41,488 nucleotides of DNA, taken from IMG/VR virus record IMGVR_UViG_3300032277_002045, positions 1 through 41,488 of that record. One strand, written 5' to 3'. Origin of the DNA: a virus (lineage: Duplodnaviria; Caudoviricetes). The notes under the pieces are model-generated. The model did no database searches. It saw nothing but the letters and a program-made list of their open reading frames with translations, and was not told the origin of the DNA. Shown here piece after piece: positions 6,519 to 17,103 of the stretch (position 1 is the first letter of the stretch; every line of letters starts with the position of its first letter). Made by a program: the position numbers and the translations under genes.

Positions 6519-8691
6519 AATTGTACAAACATATGATAATGGTCAATGGACTGAAACCACTTTTGAAAATGAGCAAGAGTGGTTAGATTTTTTATTGCCA
6601 TTATTTAAGGAGCCTGGTAAATATAACTTTGATGAAACATCTTTCATTTTTAATGAACAGGCTAGAATATTTAATGATCAAGGGTTTTATTGCAACAAAC
6701 CTTTTAGATCAAAAGACTTCACTAGATATTGGGATAAAGAAAAAGATAAATGTAGAAATGGAGTTATATATCACAATAAAGGTGAGACATGGTATTTAAC
6801 CAGAGACTATTATATGTGGTTAAATTTTCTTCCTATTTATGATAAAGAAGAAAAAGCATACGGATTTGCAAAAGTTAGAGATGCTCAGTATCATATGGCC
6901 ATATATGAGATAATAGCAGAATTAAATAATAAACATGCTGCTATATTTAAAAAACGTCAGATAGCATCTTCTTATTTCCATATGGGTAAGCTTATAAATA
7001 CATACTGGTTTGAAGAAGGTAGTGTTTGTAAAATAGGGGCAAGTCTTAAAGATTACATTAATGATAAAGGATCCTGGAAGTTTCTAGAAGAGTATAAAGA
7101 TTTTCTTAATGAGCATACTGCTTGGTATAGGCCAAGCAATCCAGAAAAAGTTTTACTTTGGCAACAGCAGATTGAGGTTAGAGTTGGCAATAGAAAAACA
7201 AGCAAAGGTTTAAAATCTAAGATACAAGGTGCATCATTTGAAAAGAATGCAACAACTGGAGTAGGTGGACCCACAACTTATTTCTTTCATGAAGAAGCGG
7301 GTATTGCACCCAAGATGATGGATACGTATGAGTATTTACGTCCCGCAATGTCATCTGGAATGATGACTACAGGACAGTTTATTGCGGCAGGATCTGTTGG
7401 TGATTTAGATCAATGTAATCCACTTAAGGATATGATACTTAATCCTACTAATAATGATATATATGCTGTTAAAAGTAATTTATTAGATAAAGATGGTACA
7501 GAAGGATTATCTGGATTATTTATACCAGAACAATGGTCTATGCCTCCATATATAGATGAGTTTGGTAATTCAAAAGTAAAAGAAGCTTTAGAGGCAATAT
7601 TAGTTGAAAGAGCTGAATGGAAGATAAAACTTAATCCAGAACAATATCAATTAAGGATATCTCAGAAACCTACAAATATTGCAGAAGGCTTTGCATATAG
7701 GAAAGAATCTATATTTCCACAAGGTATTATTCAACGGCAATTAAAAAAGATAGAAGACAAAGAATATCATTATGAACATATAGAGCTTAACAGAACACAT
7801 GAAGGTATAGAAGCTAAGAGAACTTCAAAACTTCCTATAACTACATTTCCTGTAGATAAAAAAATGCAGGATAAAACAGGTAGTATAGTTGTTTGGGAAA
7901 GACCTGTTAAAAATCCAGAGTGGGGTGCATACTATGCTTCTATTGACCCCGTATCTGAAGGTAAAACAACAACGTCAGATTCATTGTGTAGTATATATGT
8001 TTACAAAAATGCTGTTGAGATAACAAGAGAAACTCCAGAAGGTGTAGAGCAAATAATTGAACAGGATAAAATTGTAGCAGCATGGTGCGGTAGATTTGAT
8101 GATATTAATAAAACACATGAAAGACTTCAGTTAATAATTGAATGGTATAATGCATGGGCTGTTATAGAAAACAACATATCTCTTTTTATTCAGTACATGA
8201 TATCTAAGAAAAAGCAAAAATATTTAGTCCCAAAACAACAAATATTATTTTTAAAAGATATAGGCTCAAACAAAACAGTATACCAAGAATATGGTTGGAA
8301 AAATACAGGTACACTTTTTAAAAGTCATCTTATATCATATGCAATAGAATTCTTAAGAGAAGAGATTGATGAGGACCTTGATGACGAAGGTAACGTTATT
8401 AGTTCTACTTTAGGAATAGAAAGAATACCAGATCCAATGCTACTAAAGGAAATGCTAGCATACCAACCTGGTGTGAATGTGGATAGACTTGTATCTTTTG
8501 CAGCACTTATTGCATTTGCTAAAGTTCAGCAGTCAAATAGAGGTTATTTGAAAGTTAAAGAAACAGATTCATCTTTGGAAAAGTCCCAAAATTTGTATAA
8601 ATTAAAGTATAGTCCGTTTAAAAATTTGGGCCGTAATAAGTCAAACTCATCCCGAAAAATAAAAAGAAGCGGATTTAAAAATTTTAGATAA
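6511..8691 (+). CDS. terL: Terminase large subunit
   Basis: Walker A-like KKRQIASS, Walker B FFHEEAG, RNase H-like nuclease YYASIDP, late DRLVS; immediately upstream of the portal (TAATG overlap). Confidence 0.92.
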   Translation: MHKIVQTYDNGQWTETTFENEQEWLDFLLPLFKEPGKYNFDETSFIFNEQARIFNDQGFYCNKPFRSKDFTRYWDKEKDKCRNGVIYHNKGETWYLTRDYYMWLNFLPIYDKEEKAYGFAKVRDAQYHMAIYEIIAELNNKHAAIFKKRQIASSYFHMGKLINTYWFEEGSVCKIGASLKDYINDKGSWKFLEEYKDFLNEHTAWYRPSNPEKVLLWQQQIEVRVGNRKTSKGLKSKIQGASFEKNATTGVGGPTTYFFHEEAGIAPKMMDTYEYLRPAMSSGMMTTGQFIAAGSVGDLDQCNPLKDMILNPTNNDIYAVKSNLLDKDGTEGLSGLFIPEQWSMPPYIDEFGNSKVKEALEAILVERAEWKIKLNPEQYQLRISQKPTNIAEGFAYRKESIFPQGIIQRQLKKIEDKEYHYEHIELNRTHEGIEAKRTSKLPITTFPVDKKMQDKTGSIVVWERPVKNPEWGAYYASIDPVSEGKTTTSDSLCSIYVYKNAVEITRETPEGVEQIIEQDKIVAAWCGRFDDINKTHERLQLIIEWYNAWAVIENNISLFIQYMISKKKQKYLVPKQQILFLKDIGSNKTVYQEYGWKNTGTLFKSHLISYAIEFLREEIDEDLDDEGNVISSTLGIERIPDPMLLKEMLAYQPGVNVDRLVSFAALIAFAKVQQSNRGYLKVKETDSSLEKSQNLYKLKYSPFKNLGRNKSNSSRKIKRSGFKNFR

Positions 8692-11459
8692 TGAAAGTAT
8701 TCAATGCAATGCAACTTAAAAGTGGTGCTAAAGGTGAAGGTTATCCTACTTCATCTAGTTTAACCCAACCTATACAATTTTTACCATCAAAAAAGAAAAA
8801 TGATGATTGGTATGCTTGGAATATTGATTGGCTTGAGCTACAAGGTATTGAATTTTTAAGACATAATGCAAGAAAGCTTTTAAAAAACTATAAACTTGCA
8901 AAAGGTATTATAGATAAAAGTGATTACATTATTGAAGAAGATAATGATTATAAGGAGCTAATGGACGTCCTTACTAAAGAAGATTCATCTGCTTTAGAGC
9001 TTAAATTTTATCCTATAATCCCTAATGTCATTAATGTACTAACGGGAGAATTTTCAAATAGATTTTCCAAAGTTCAGTTTAGAGCTGTAGATGACACCTC
9101 TTATAATGAGATGTTAGAAGATAAACGTGCAATGATAGAAGAGAATTTACTAGAAGATGCACATGCTAAGTTAACTGCAAAAATGATTGAGATGGGTGAA
9201 GACCCTTCTTCTGAGGAAGCCCAAGAACAACTAAGCCCTGAAGGTTTAAAATCTCTTCCAGAAATAGAAGACTTCTTTTCTAAAGATTATAGAAGTCTTG
9301 TTGAGGAATGGGCAAGTCATCAATTAAAAGTTGATGAAGAAAGATTTAAAATGCAAGAACTTGAAGAAAGAGGTTTTAGAGATATGCTTATTGCAGATAG
9401 AGAATTTTGGCATTTTAAAATGCTAGAAGACGATTATGACGTAGAGCTTTGGAATCCTGTTTTAACATTCTATCAAAAATCTCCAGATGTTAGATATATT
9501 TCTAATTCTAATTATGCCGGTAAAATTGATTTAATGACTGTTTCAGATGTAATTGATAAGTATGGTTATTTAATGACCGAATCTCAATTAGCATCACTTC
9601 AAGAAATATATCCAGCTAGATCTGCGCTATATCAAGTCAATGGTATGCAAAACGATGGTTCTTACTATGACCCATCTAGATCACACGAATGGAATACCCA
9701 AATGCCAGGTTTAGCTTATAGACAGTATGTAAGTAACTGGAATGATGATCCTGCTAGAGGTGGGGATATTGTTAGTCAAATATTAAATGAAGGTGAAGAT
9801 GTGGGTATTTGGGGAGAAGCTGAACTAATGAGGATTACAACAACATACTGGAAGACCCAGCGTAAGCTTGGGCATCTTACTAGAATTAAACCAGATGGTG
9901 AAATAATTCAAGAAGTTATTGACGAAAACTATAAAGTTACAGAAAAGCCTGTATATGATACAACAATATTTAAGCAAAAAAGTAAAGAAAATTTATTAGA
10001 AGGAGAGCATATTGATTGGATATGGATTAATGAAGTTTGCGGAGGAGTTAAGATAGGGCCTAATTTACCTGCATTTTGGAGATCAAATATGGGGGATAAC
10101 ATGAATCCAATATATTTAGGTATTAATAGAACTAAGCCCGGCAGAATCCCATTCCAATTTAAAGGTGATCAGACACTATATGGATGCAAGCTACCTATAG
10201 AAGGAAGAGTCTATTCAGATAGAAATACTAAATCAACATCACTAGTAGATCTAATGAAAGCATATCAAGTTGGTTACAATATGGTTAATAATCAAATTGC
10301 AGATATACTTGTAGATGAACTAGGTACTGTTATTATGTTTGACCAGAATGCGCTACCAAGACATTCAATGGGAGAAGATTGGGGTAAAGGTAATTATGCA
10401 AAAGCATATACAGCAATGAAAGATTTTAGTATGCTTCCTTTAGATACATCTATTACTAATACTGAAAATGCAACAAACTTTAATCATTATCAGACTTTAA
10501 ACTTAGAGCAAACAAATAGATTAATGTCTAGAATACAACTTGCAAATCATTTTAAGCAACAAGCATTTGAGTCTATTGGAGTTAATCCCCAACGTATGGG
10601 TACTCCAATGGGACAAGAAACAGCTACTGGTGTAATGCAGGCAATGAATCAATCATATGCTCAAACTGAAATGTACTTTACGCAGCATGCAGATCAATTA
10701 ATGCCAAGAGTTCATCAAATGAGAACTGATTTAGCGCAGTTTTATCACAGCTCAAATCCAAGTGTAAGATTAAGTTATATTACTAGCGAAGCTGAAAAAG
10801 TAAATTTTGTAATTAATGGCACAGATCTGCTATTACGTGATTTCAATATATTTACAACAACTAAAGCAAATCATAGAGCTATACTAGAACAGCTTAAACA
10901 AATGGCTATTCAGAATAATACTACAGGTGCTAGCATCTACGATCTTGGAAATGTCATTAAAGCTGAATCAATTTCTGAAGTTTCAGATATACTTAAAGAT
11001 GCTGAAACAAAAACTGAAATGCAAAGACAGCAAGAAATGCAACAACAAGAGAAAATGCAACAAGAGCAAATCCAAGCTCAGCAAGAACAAGAACAGATGA
11101 AACTTCAGTTTGAGCAGGAAGAAAATGATAAGGATAGACAAAAAGATATTACAGTTGCAGAAATTAGAGCGGCTGGATATGGTGCAGGAGAAGATATAAA
11201 TGAGAATCAGATGTCAGATTTTCAAGATGCAATGAGTGATATGAAAGAAACTGCTAGATATAGAGAGCAAATGGATCTTAAAAGAAACGAAAATATCATG
11301 AAGCAAACTGAAAGTAAAGCTAAATTGGATATTGAAAAAGAGCGTCTTAGAACTCAACAGTCCGTAGCAAATACAAACTTGGAAATAGCTAGAGAGAATA
11401 AAAATAAATATGATGTTCAAGCCAAAAAAGAAGATCAAAAGAAAAAGAAAAAGAAATAA
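8691..11459 (+). CDS. Portal protein
   Basis: 922 aa, follows terL. KFYPIIPNVINVLTGE motif and a long Gln/Glu-rich C-terminal coiled coil (barrel), typical of crAss-like and podoviral portals. Confidence 0.85.
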   Translation: MKVFNAMQLKSGAKGEGYPTSSSLTQPIQFLPSKKKNDDWYAWNIDWLELQGIEFLRHNARKLLKNYKLAKGIIDKSDYIIEEDNDYKELMDVLTKEDSSALELKFYPIIPNVINVLTGEFSNRFSKVQFRAVDDTSYNEMLEDKRAMIEENLLEDAHAKLTAKMIEMGEDPSSEEAQEQLSPEGLKSLPEIEDFFSKDYRSLVEEWASHQLKVDEERFKMQELEERGFRDMLIADREFWHFKMLEDDYDVELWNPVLTFYQKSPDVRYISNSNYAGKIDLMTVSDVIDKYGYLMTESQLASLQEIYPARSALYQVNGMQNDGSYYDPSRSHEWNTQMPGLAYRQYVSNWNDDPARGGDIVSQILNEGEDVGIWGEAELMRITTTYWKTQRKLGHLTRIKPDGEIIQEVIDENYKVTEKPVYDTTIFKQKSKENLLEGEHIDWIWINEVCGGVKIGPNLPAFWRSNMGDNMNPIYLGINRTKPGRIPFQFKGDQTLYGCKLPIEGRVYSDRNTKSTSLVDLMKAYQVGYNMVNNQIADILVDELGTVIMFDQNALPRHSMGEDWGKGNYAKAYTAMKDFSMLPLDTSITNTENATNFNHYQTLNLEQTNRLMSRIQLANHFKQQAFESIGVNPQRMGTPMGQETATGVMQAMNQSYAQTEMYFTQHADQLMPRVHQMRTDLAQFYHSSNPSVRLSYITSEAEKVNFVINGTDLLLRDFNIFTTTKANHRAILEQLKQMAIQNNTTGASIYDLGNVIKAESISEVSDILKDAETKTEMQRQQEMQQQEKMQQEQIQAQQEQEQMKLQFEQEENDKDRQKDITVAEIRAAGYGAGEDINENQMSDFQDAMSDMKETARYREQMDLKRNENIMKQTESKAKLDIEKERLRTQQSVANTNLEIARENKNKYDVQAKKEDQKKKKKK

Positions 11460-11555
11460 AATAAATCTATTCTAAAGTTTATTTTTGACGTTAGCTATAC
11501 TACTGATAAAAAGTTTAAATAAAGCTCAAATAATTTAAGTTTATTTGAAATCTTT

Positions 11556-11567
11556 GTTTTATATTAT
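11556..11567 (+). promoter_or_regulatory. Variant late promoter motif (GTTTTATATTAT)
   Basis: Shares the TATATTAT core; intergenic, upstream of the scaffold/MCP genes, followed by a small ATGAA-TAG-TTCAT hairpin. Confidence 0.55.
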
Positions 11568-11604
11568 ATATGAATAGTTCATTTGAATTAAAAACCAACA
11601 AAAT

Positions 11605-12879
11605 ATGAGTGATAATACAAACAACGTGGAAACCACAGTAGAAAAAGTAAATATTGATATTGATGAAGTCTTTGGGGCTGGAGTAGATAATGTAACTCTA
11701 CCTGAAGAAGAATCAAAACCTGGCATTTTAGATAGAGTAAATCCTGATCCAGATTTTACGTTTACAGAAGAAGTTAAAAAAGAAGACTGGATGGAGAATG
11801 AAGATGTGGTTACTCCAGAAAAAATAACTAAAAAAACTGAAGCTGGTATTAAAGCCGAAGGTGGAGAAATAATTGACGATCTTGAGGATAATTCTGAATT
11901 GGAAAATAATGAAGATACAGTAAAAGAAGAGACAAGAGGTAGAAAGCAAATAAATGGATTTACAGATGTCATTAATAAAATGGTAAAATCTGATAAGCTG
12001 TTTGCTTTTGATGATGATAAACCTTTGGACGAATATAGCGCAAAAGATATTGAAGAATTGCTTGACGCAAATATGGAAGAAGTTAAAAATCAAGTTAGAA
12101 GGGAAACACCTAAACAATTTTTTGAAGCTCTTCCGAATGAATTAAAAGTAGCAGCTCAATATGTAGCTGATGGTGGCACAGATCTTAAAAGTTTATTTAA
12201 AACTTTAGCTCAAGCTGAAGATACTTTTGAAATAGATGCTTCTAATGAATCAGGACAAGAAAGAATTATTGTAGAATATCTTACAAGTACAGGATATGGT
12301 ACACCTGATGAGATTGCAGAAGAAATAGAAATATGGAAAGACTTAGGAAAACTTGAGCAACAAGCAATGAAGTTTAAACCTAAGTTAGATAAAATGCAAG
12401 AAAAAGTTGTAGCTCAAAAATTACAACAACAACAGCTTAAGCAAAAGCAACAAGCAGATGCATCTAAACAATATATGGATAATGTATACCATACTCTAAA
12501 AGAAGGAGCTTTATCTGGAATGAAATTAGATAAAAAAACACAATCATTATTATATAATGGTTTAGTTCAACCTGCATATCCATCAGTGAGTGGTAAAAAT
12601 ACAAACTTGTTAGGACACTTATTAGAAAAGTATCAATTTCAAGAACCTAATTATACTTTAATCTCAGAAGCCCTTTGGTTATTAGCAGATCCGAGAGGAT
12701 ATAAGTCTAAGATAATGGAGATGGGAGCTCAAAAGAATACTGAGAAAGTAGTTAGAAAGCTTAAGATGGAACAATCTAATAAAGGAACTGCTTCTTTAGG
12801 TGTAGCAGAAAAAGAGAAATCAACAAAAACATCTAAAAGAAAAATAGCCAAACCAACAAATATTTTCAAACGGATTTAA
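11605..12879 (+). CDS. Putative capsid scaffolding/assembly protein (position of crAssphage gene 77 homologues)
   Basis: Highly acidic N-terminal half, coiled-coil middle, basic C-terminus; lies between the portal and MCP. Confidence 0.6.
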   Translation: MSDNTNNVETTVEKVNIDIDEVFGAGVDNVTLPEEESKPGILDRVNPDPDFTFTEEVKKEDWMENEDVVTPEKITKKTEAGIKAEGGEIIDDLEDNSELENNEDTVKEETRGRKQINGFTDVINKMVKSDKLFAFDDDKPLDEYSAKDIEELLDANMEEVKNQVRRETPKQFFEALPNELKVAAQYVADGGTDLKSLFKTLAQAEDTFEIDASNESGQERIIVEYLTSTGYGTPDEIAEEIEIWKDLGKLEQQAMKFKPKLDKMQEKVVAQKLQQQQLKQKQQADASKQYMDNVYHTLKEGALSGMKLDKKTQSLLYNGLVQPAYPSVSGKNTNLLGHLLEKYQFQEPNYTLISEALWLLADPRGYKSKIMEMGAQKNTEKVVRKLKMEQSNKGTASLGVAEKEKSTKTSKRKIAKPTNIFKRI

Positions 12880-12925
12880 TAATCAAATAATATAAATAAC
12901 AAATAAAAACAAAAAACAATTAATT

Positions 12926-14545
12926 ATGGCAACTCCAGTATTAAACAATGGGATTTTCTTGAGAGATACGCAATACAAAGCGTCTTCTCATGTTGATTCC
13001 TACCACTTGTCTCAGATGCTTGGTTCTTCAGAACCAATGGATATGGGTCCAGTTGATTTATGGGCAATGACTCAAAAAGTAGAAATGCCCCTTTACCAGA
13101 TGGCTTCATTTGGTGGAAAGAATACCATTATGGTAGACAACGCTCGCGGTGAGTACAAATGGCAAACGCCAATTGCACAAGATCTTCCATTTATAGTTTC
13201 TAATGTAGAATCTGCAAATGATCTTGGTGCTGATGGTACTACTTTTAGACTTAAACTCTCTAAAAGAACATTTGGTCACGGTGACATTATTACTTATGAT
13301 AAGTACAATGGACTTGAAATGTACATTACTGCTGAGGATATTATTCCTGCAGGAGATGGATTCATTTACACAGTTCAATTAGTAAACAACAACAATGCAG
13401 CTAGTTTAGACGCTTCTTTGTATTTAGTTCCAGGAACTAAGTATTTTAGAAAAGGTTCTGCTAGAGGTGAGTATGGTGAAAGATTTTCAGACATTGAGAC
13501 TGGATCTGGATTCCGTGAATTCTACAACTTTGTAGGAGGAGCTGAAGCACACGTACATTACTCTATTTCTTCTAGAGCTGATCTTATGATCAAAGGTGGA
13601 ATGAATAGTGATGGTACTGTACCAGTAACTGAGATTTGGAGAAACTTTAACCAAGATCCTAACAATCCTTCTGTTTCTTCTATTGAAGAATTAGTAGCAA
13701 GCATGGGTAAATCAGGTGCTAGAGATGCATTTGAAAGCGGTTCACTATCAAGAACTTTCGTTACAAATATGGAAGCAGCACATCTTTCTAAGATTGCAAA
13801 TGATATTGAAACTTACCTAATGTGGGGTAAAGGTGGTAGAATCAGACAAGACGGTCCAGATGATATTAGATTATCAGTTGGTCTTTGGTCACAGTTGGAT
13901 AACTCATTTAAAAGAGTATACAACAAGTCTAGCTTTACACTTGATATGTTTAAATCTGAACTTTACAATTTCTACCAAGGAAAAGTTGAGTTTAAAGGGC
14001 CAGACCCGCAAAGACAACTTATCGTACAAACAGGTATTGGCGGTATGCAATTAATCAACAAAGCTATTGCTGATGAAGTATATGGTTCTGGATTAGTTCA
14101 AAATGCTTCTGATATTGGTGCGGTAACTGGTAAAGGAATGGACTTAGACTTTGGTTTTGCTTATACAAGCTTTACTATTCCTTTCCTTGCTAACGTTAAG
14201 TTTGTACTTAACCCAGCATTTGATAACTTACACACTAATGATATTGAGAATCCATTAATTGATGGAAGACCTCTTAGCTCATTTAGCTTTATCATCTTTG
14301 ATGTAACTGATAATGGAAATGACAACATTCACTTGTTGAAACTTTCTTGGGATAATCAACTTAAATGGTTCTACCAAAATGGTACAATGGATTATATGGG
14401 AAGAACGCAAGGATTTGCTTCTACCGGACAGTTCAATGGATATAGAGTTTATATGACTCAATGTATGCCAGCTATTTGGGTTAAGGATCCAACTAAGGTT
14501 CTAAAAATTGTAATGAGAAATCCAGTAACTGGAGGCTCGTTCTAA
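12926..14545 (+). CDS. Major capsid protein
   Basis: 539 aa, downstream of the portal and scaffold, followed by a strong terminator; codon choice suggests high expression (many TTC/AAC/TAC). Confidence 0.8.
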   Translation: MATPVLNNGIFLRDTQYKASSHVDSYHLSQMLGSSEPMDMGPVDLWAMTQKVEMPLYQMASFGGKNTIMVDNARGEYKWQTPIAQDLPFIVSNVESANDLGADGTTFRLKLSKRTFGHGDIITYDKYNGLEMYITAEDIIPAGDGFIYTVQLVNNNNAASLDASLYLVPGTKYFRKGSARGEYGERFSDIETGSGFREFYNFVGGAEAHVHYSISSRADLMIKGGMNSDGTVPVTEIWRNFNQDPNNPSVSSIEELVASMGKSGARDAFESGSLSRTFVTNMEAAHLSKIANDIETYLMWGKGGRIRQDGPDDIRLSVGLWSQLDNSFKRVYNKSSFTLDMFKSELYNFYQGKVEFKGPDPQRQLIVQTGIGGMQLINKAIADEVYGSGLVQNASDIGAVTGKGMDLDFGFAYTSFTIPFLANVKFVLNPAFDNLHTNDIENPLIDGRPLSSFSFIIFDVTDNGNDNIHLLKLSWDNQLKWFYQNGTMDYMGRTQGFASTGQFNGYRVYMTQCMPAIWVKDPTKVLKIVMRNPVTGGSF

Positions 14546-14557
14546 ATAACAATTATT

Positions 14558-14588
14558 AAGGGGGAGTTAATTCTCCCCTTTTTTGTTT
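14558..14588 (+). terminator. Intrinsic terminator after the MCP gene
   Basis: AAGGGGGAG-TTAATT-CTCCCCTT followed by TTTTGTTT. Confidence 0.9.
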
Positions 14589-14607
14589 AATATTTAAAAC
14601 TTTAAAA

Positions 14608-15291
14608 ATGAACTTTATAAAAAGAATAAAAGCTCTCTTCCCAGACAAGTATATTGGGAAAGATGTAAGAGCGGGAAAAAAAGGTGATAGTACAATTCAA
14701 GTTGCCAGACTATCTCATGTTAATGCAGTGGGTAAAGCTGCAGAAGCGGGATTGCAATTAGTAGCTGATGGTATGACTAGTTCAACAAATTCTACTTTGT
14801 TACCTACATCAACATTGCAAAGAACAGCAACTGAAATTGAATTTTCAGATGGAATCAAATTAGTTGGATATAAATTAATTACATTCCATTTACTAAATGA
14901 TACAAATGCTTTAGCTGATATAAACACTGTTAGAATTGGTTCTCCAGATGGAGGTACAACTCCTGGAGGATTTTATCTTCCTTACAGTGTAGGCGGCTGC
15001 GTAAAAGCTGATGATAGCGCATTATCTCCAGCAGGTACTAAGATTATATCTACATTTCAGAATGGATCTGATATGACAGATACATCTGGTGGTGCAAATG
15101 ATGGTTTAGCAATTCAAACAGATCAAACATCAATTTCAGCATTTAATAATACTGCTAATGTGGATAATTCAGTTGATGTAGATTTTGGTGTAATTGTTAG
15201 TCCAGATGGTGGTGTTGACTCTACAGCAGAGATATTTGTACAATACGAATTCTTGGCATATTCAACTGCAGATGTTGCATTATTACCTTAA
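14608..15291 (+). CDS. Putative capsid decoration / head-fibre protein
   Basis: Follows the MCP; short N-terminal helical segment (QVARLSHVN) then a Gly/Ser/Thr/Asp-rich beta region. Confidence 0.5.
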   Translation: MNFIKRIKALFPDKYIGKDVRAGKKGDSTIQVARLSHVNAVGKAAEAGLQLVADGMTSSTNSTLLPTSTLQRTATEIEFSDGIKLVGYKLITFHLLNDTNALADINTVRIGSPDGGTTPGGFYLPYSVGGCVKADDSALSPAGTKIISTFQNGSDMTDTSGGANDGLAIQTDQTSISAFNNTANVDNSVDVDFGVIVSPDGGVDSTAEIFVQYEFLAYSTADVALLP

Positions 15292-15317
15292 CTATTAATA
15301 TTTAAAAATTGAAAAAA

Positions 15318-15971
15318 ATGGCCGAAGAATTATATGCTAAAGAAGCACCGTTAAAAGATGATAGAGTAAAAGAGTTAGCTTACACAGATCCTGTATATAG
15401 TAAACCAATGTACGCTGAAAATGCTGTAACTGTTGATACAAACATACTTAGAAATAAAGCGTTAGATGCAACGTTTGTTACAGATGTAAAGTTAGATGAA
15501 AAACTGAAATTTGAAGATCCAGATTATACTTCTGTAACTTTAATCAAAAGAGCAGGTGAAGGAAGTGTGGAAGATTATGCAAAAGTGGTAGCAGAGTCAG
15601 CTTTAAAAACTGGTACTACAGATGAAGAAGCTGCCGCAGATATCATTAGTGAAAAAGCAAAATTTGAAAAAGAAGATGCAATAAAAAAAGATGAAAAAAT
15701 AAAAACTTATTTTCAGGATTCTTTTAGACTTATGGTATCTACATTTAGAGTTAAGTTATTGTTTGATCCTGAAAGAGGTGTGGTAGATAAAAAAGCTCAA
15801 GAAGCTCTTGATAAAAAAATTGAGAAAAAGAAAGAGTTGGTTGAGTCAGTATTAACCAAGTTTTCAAATACAGCAAGTTTTTCTGATAGACTTAGAAAAG
15901 CATTACCTGATTCTGTTAAAGAATTGGGTTTACCAATAGAGAAAACAGACGCTAAATATAGCTCGCTTTAA
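15318..15971 (+). CDS. Hypothetical charged protein
   Basis: ATG at 15318 after an A-run is preferred over the TTG at 15309. Confidence 0.7.
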   Translation: MAEELYAKEAPLKDDRVKELAYTDPVYSKPMYAENAVTVDTNILRNKALDATFVTDVKLDEKLKFEDPDYTSVTLIKRAGEGSVEDYAKVVAESALKTGTTDEEAAADIISEKAKFEKEDAIKKDEKIKTYFQDSFRLMVSTFRVKLLFDPERGVVDKKAQEALDKKIEKKKELVESVLTKFSNTASFSDRLRKALPDSVKELGLPIEKTDAKYSSL

Positions 15972-15987
15972 TTACTCAAATAACTAT

Positions 15988-16007
15988 TGCCGGTTTAATT
16001 GCCGGCA
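15988..16007. promoter_or_regulatory. GC-rich hairpin with TTAATT loop and no U-tract
   Basis: TGCCGGT-TTAATT-GCCGGCA in intergenic DNA. Confidence 0.6.
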
Positions 16008-16086
16008 TTAGAAATATTAATTGATAACGTGCATAATTATGTACATTTGAGTGATGATTAATAATTTATAAAAACCAATAAAAAAA

Positions 16087-17103
16087 ATGGAAGATTACAC
16101 AATTGTAGAAAAGTATCAGCAAGGTAAAGATAGTACTGTTGCCATACGCCCTTATTTTAATCCAGATAGAGAAAACATGGGGTTAGAAACTTATGGAATG
16201 TCACTTCATGAAGGAGTATGGCACCAAGAATCATTAGCCTGTTTAGAGCTAAATGGAATTAAAAGATATGTTACTGGATTAAATGAATTTGCTCCTGAAA
16301 TAAAAAAATTATCTCCAGGAGAAAGAGAGCTTAAAGTAAAAGAGATTAGAAAGACTGTAGCTCAATTAGAGGCTGAACTTGCAGCTAATATAATTGACCC
16401 GGAAGATAAAGACTTTTGGAATAAGGTTACATTGCTAAAACCAGATAATGATGCATTTTGGTCTAGAATAGAACTTAGATGTGGAAATGAACCTGTATTT
16501 TTAGATCCTACAAAAGATCCTTATGATCTGATTAAGATACATGCAATTAATGCAGGAGGATTTTCAATGATATCTAAGTCACTTAAAGCTGCTAAAAAAT
16601 CACCTAATCCTAAGAAGTTTTATTTAGATCAATCAGATGAAACTATATCTACTAGAACAGAATATACTAAATTAAAAAATAAAGCTCTTGTTAAATTAGA
16701 GGAAATGCATTCTAAAAATTTAACAAAACTTATGTATGTTGCAAAAGTTGTTGATGCTGATAGTGTGCAGTATTCTAAATCAACACAAGCAGATATTATT
16801 TATGAAAACATGGACGCGTTCATAAATGGAAATGGAACTGAATCAAGTAAAAAACGCGCAGCTACATCTTTTATTGATGCGGCAAATGATACAATGAAAA
16901 GTTTAAAACTAAGAGCATTAGTAAAAGATGCAATGTTTTACAGATTTATATTGGTGAAATCTAATGGATTTATTGAACCTTTAGATAATAGCATTAGGCT
17001 TGGTAAAGTTCCAAGTGAAGTTGTATCATTTTTACAAAGTGCAGAGAATGATGAAATATTAAAATCTTTATTAGAAAAGGTTGAACCTTACTGGAATGCA
17101 TAA
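16087..17103 (+). CDS. Conserved capsid-module protein (position of crAssphage gene 75 homologues)
   Basis: 338 aa; called from size and position in the crAss-like capsid block. Confidence 0.5.
   Translation: MEDYTIVEKYQQGKDSTVAIRPYFNPDRENMGLETYGMSLHEGVWHQESLACLELNGIKRYVTGLNEFAPEIKKLSPGERELKVKEIRKTVAQLEAELAANIIDPEDKDFWNKVTLLKPDNDAFWSRIELRCGNEPVFLDPTKDPYDLIKIHAINAGGFSMISKSLKAAKKSPNPKKFYLDQSDETISTRTEYTKLKNKALVKLEEMHSKNLTKLMYVAKVVDADSVQYSKSTQADIIYENMDAFINGNGTESSKKRAATSFIDAANDTMKSLKLRALVKDAMFYRFILVKSNGFIEPLDNSIRLGKVPSEVVSFLQSAENDEILKSLLEKVEPYWNA

Noticed and set aside
8592-8603. TTTGTATAAATT within the terminase 3' end as an internal promoter for the portal
   Set aside because: Partial match only, inside coding sequence, and portal translation appears coupled to terL by a TAATG overlap.
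11030-11459. CAA/GAA-rich repeats and terminal poly-Lys in the portal
   Set aside because: Explained by the Gln/Glu-rich coiled-coil tail; not a DNA repeat array.
6511-14545. Introns or inteins in the terminase, portal or capsid genes
   Set aside because: ORFs are uninterrupted, with no homing-endonuclease motifs or intein splice-junction signatures visible.
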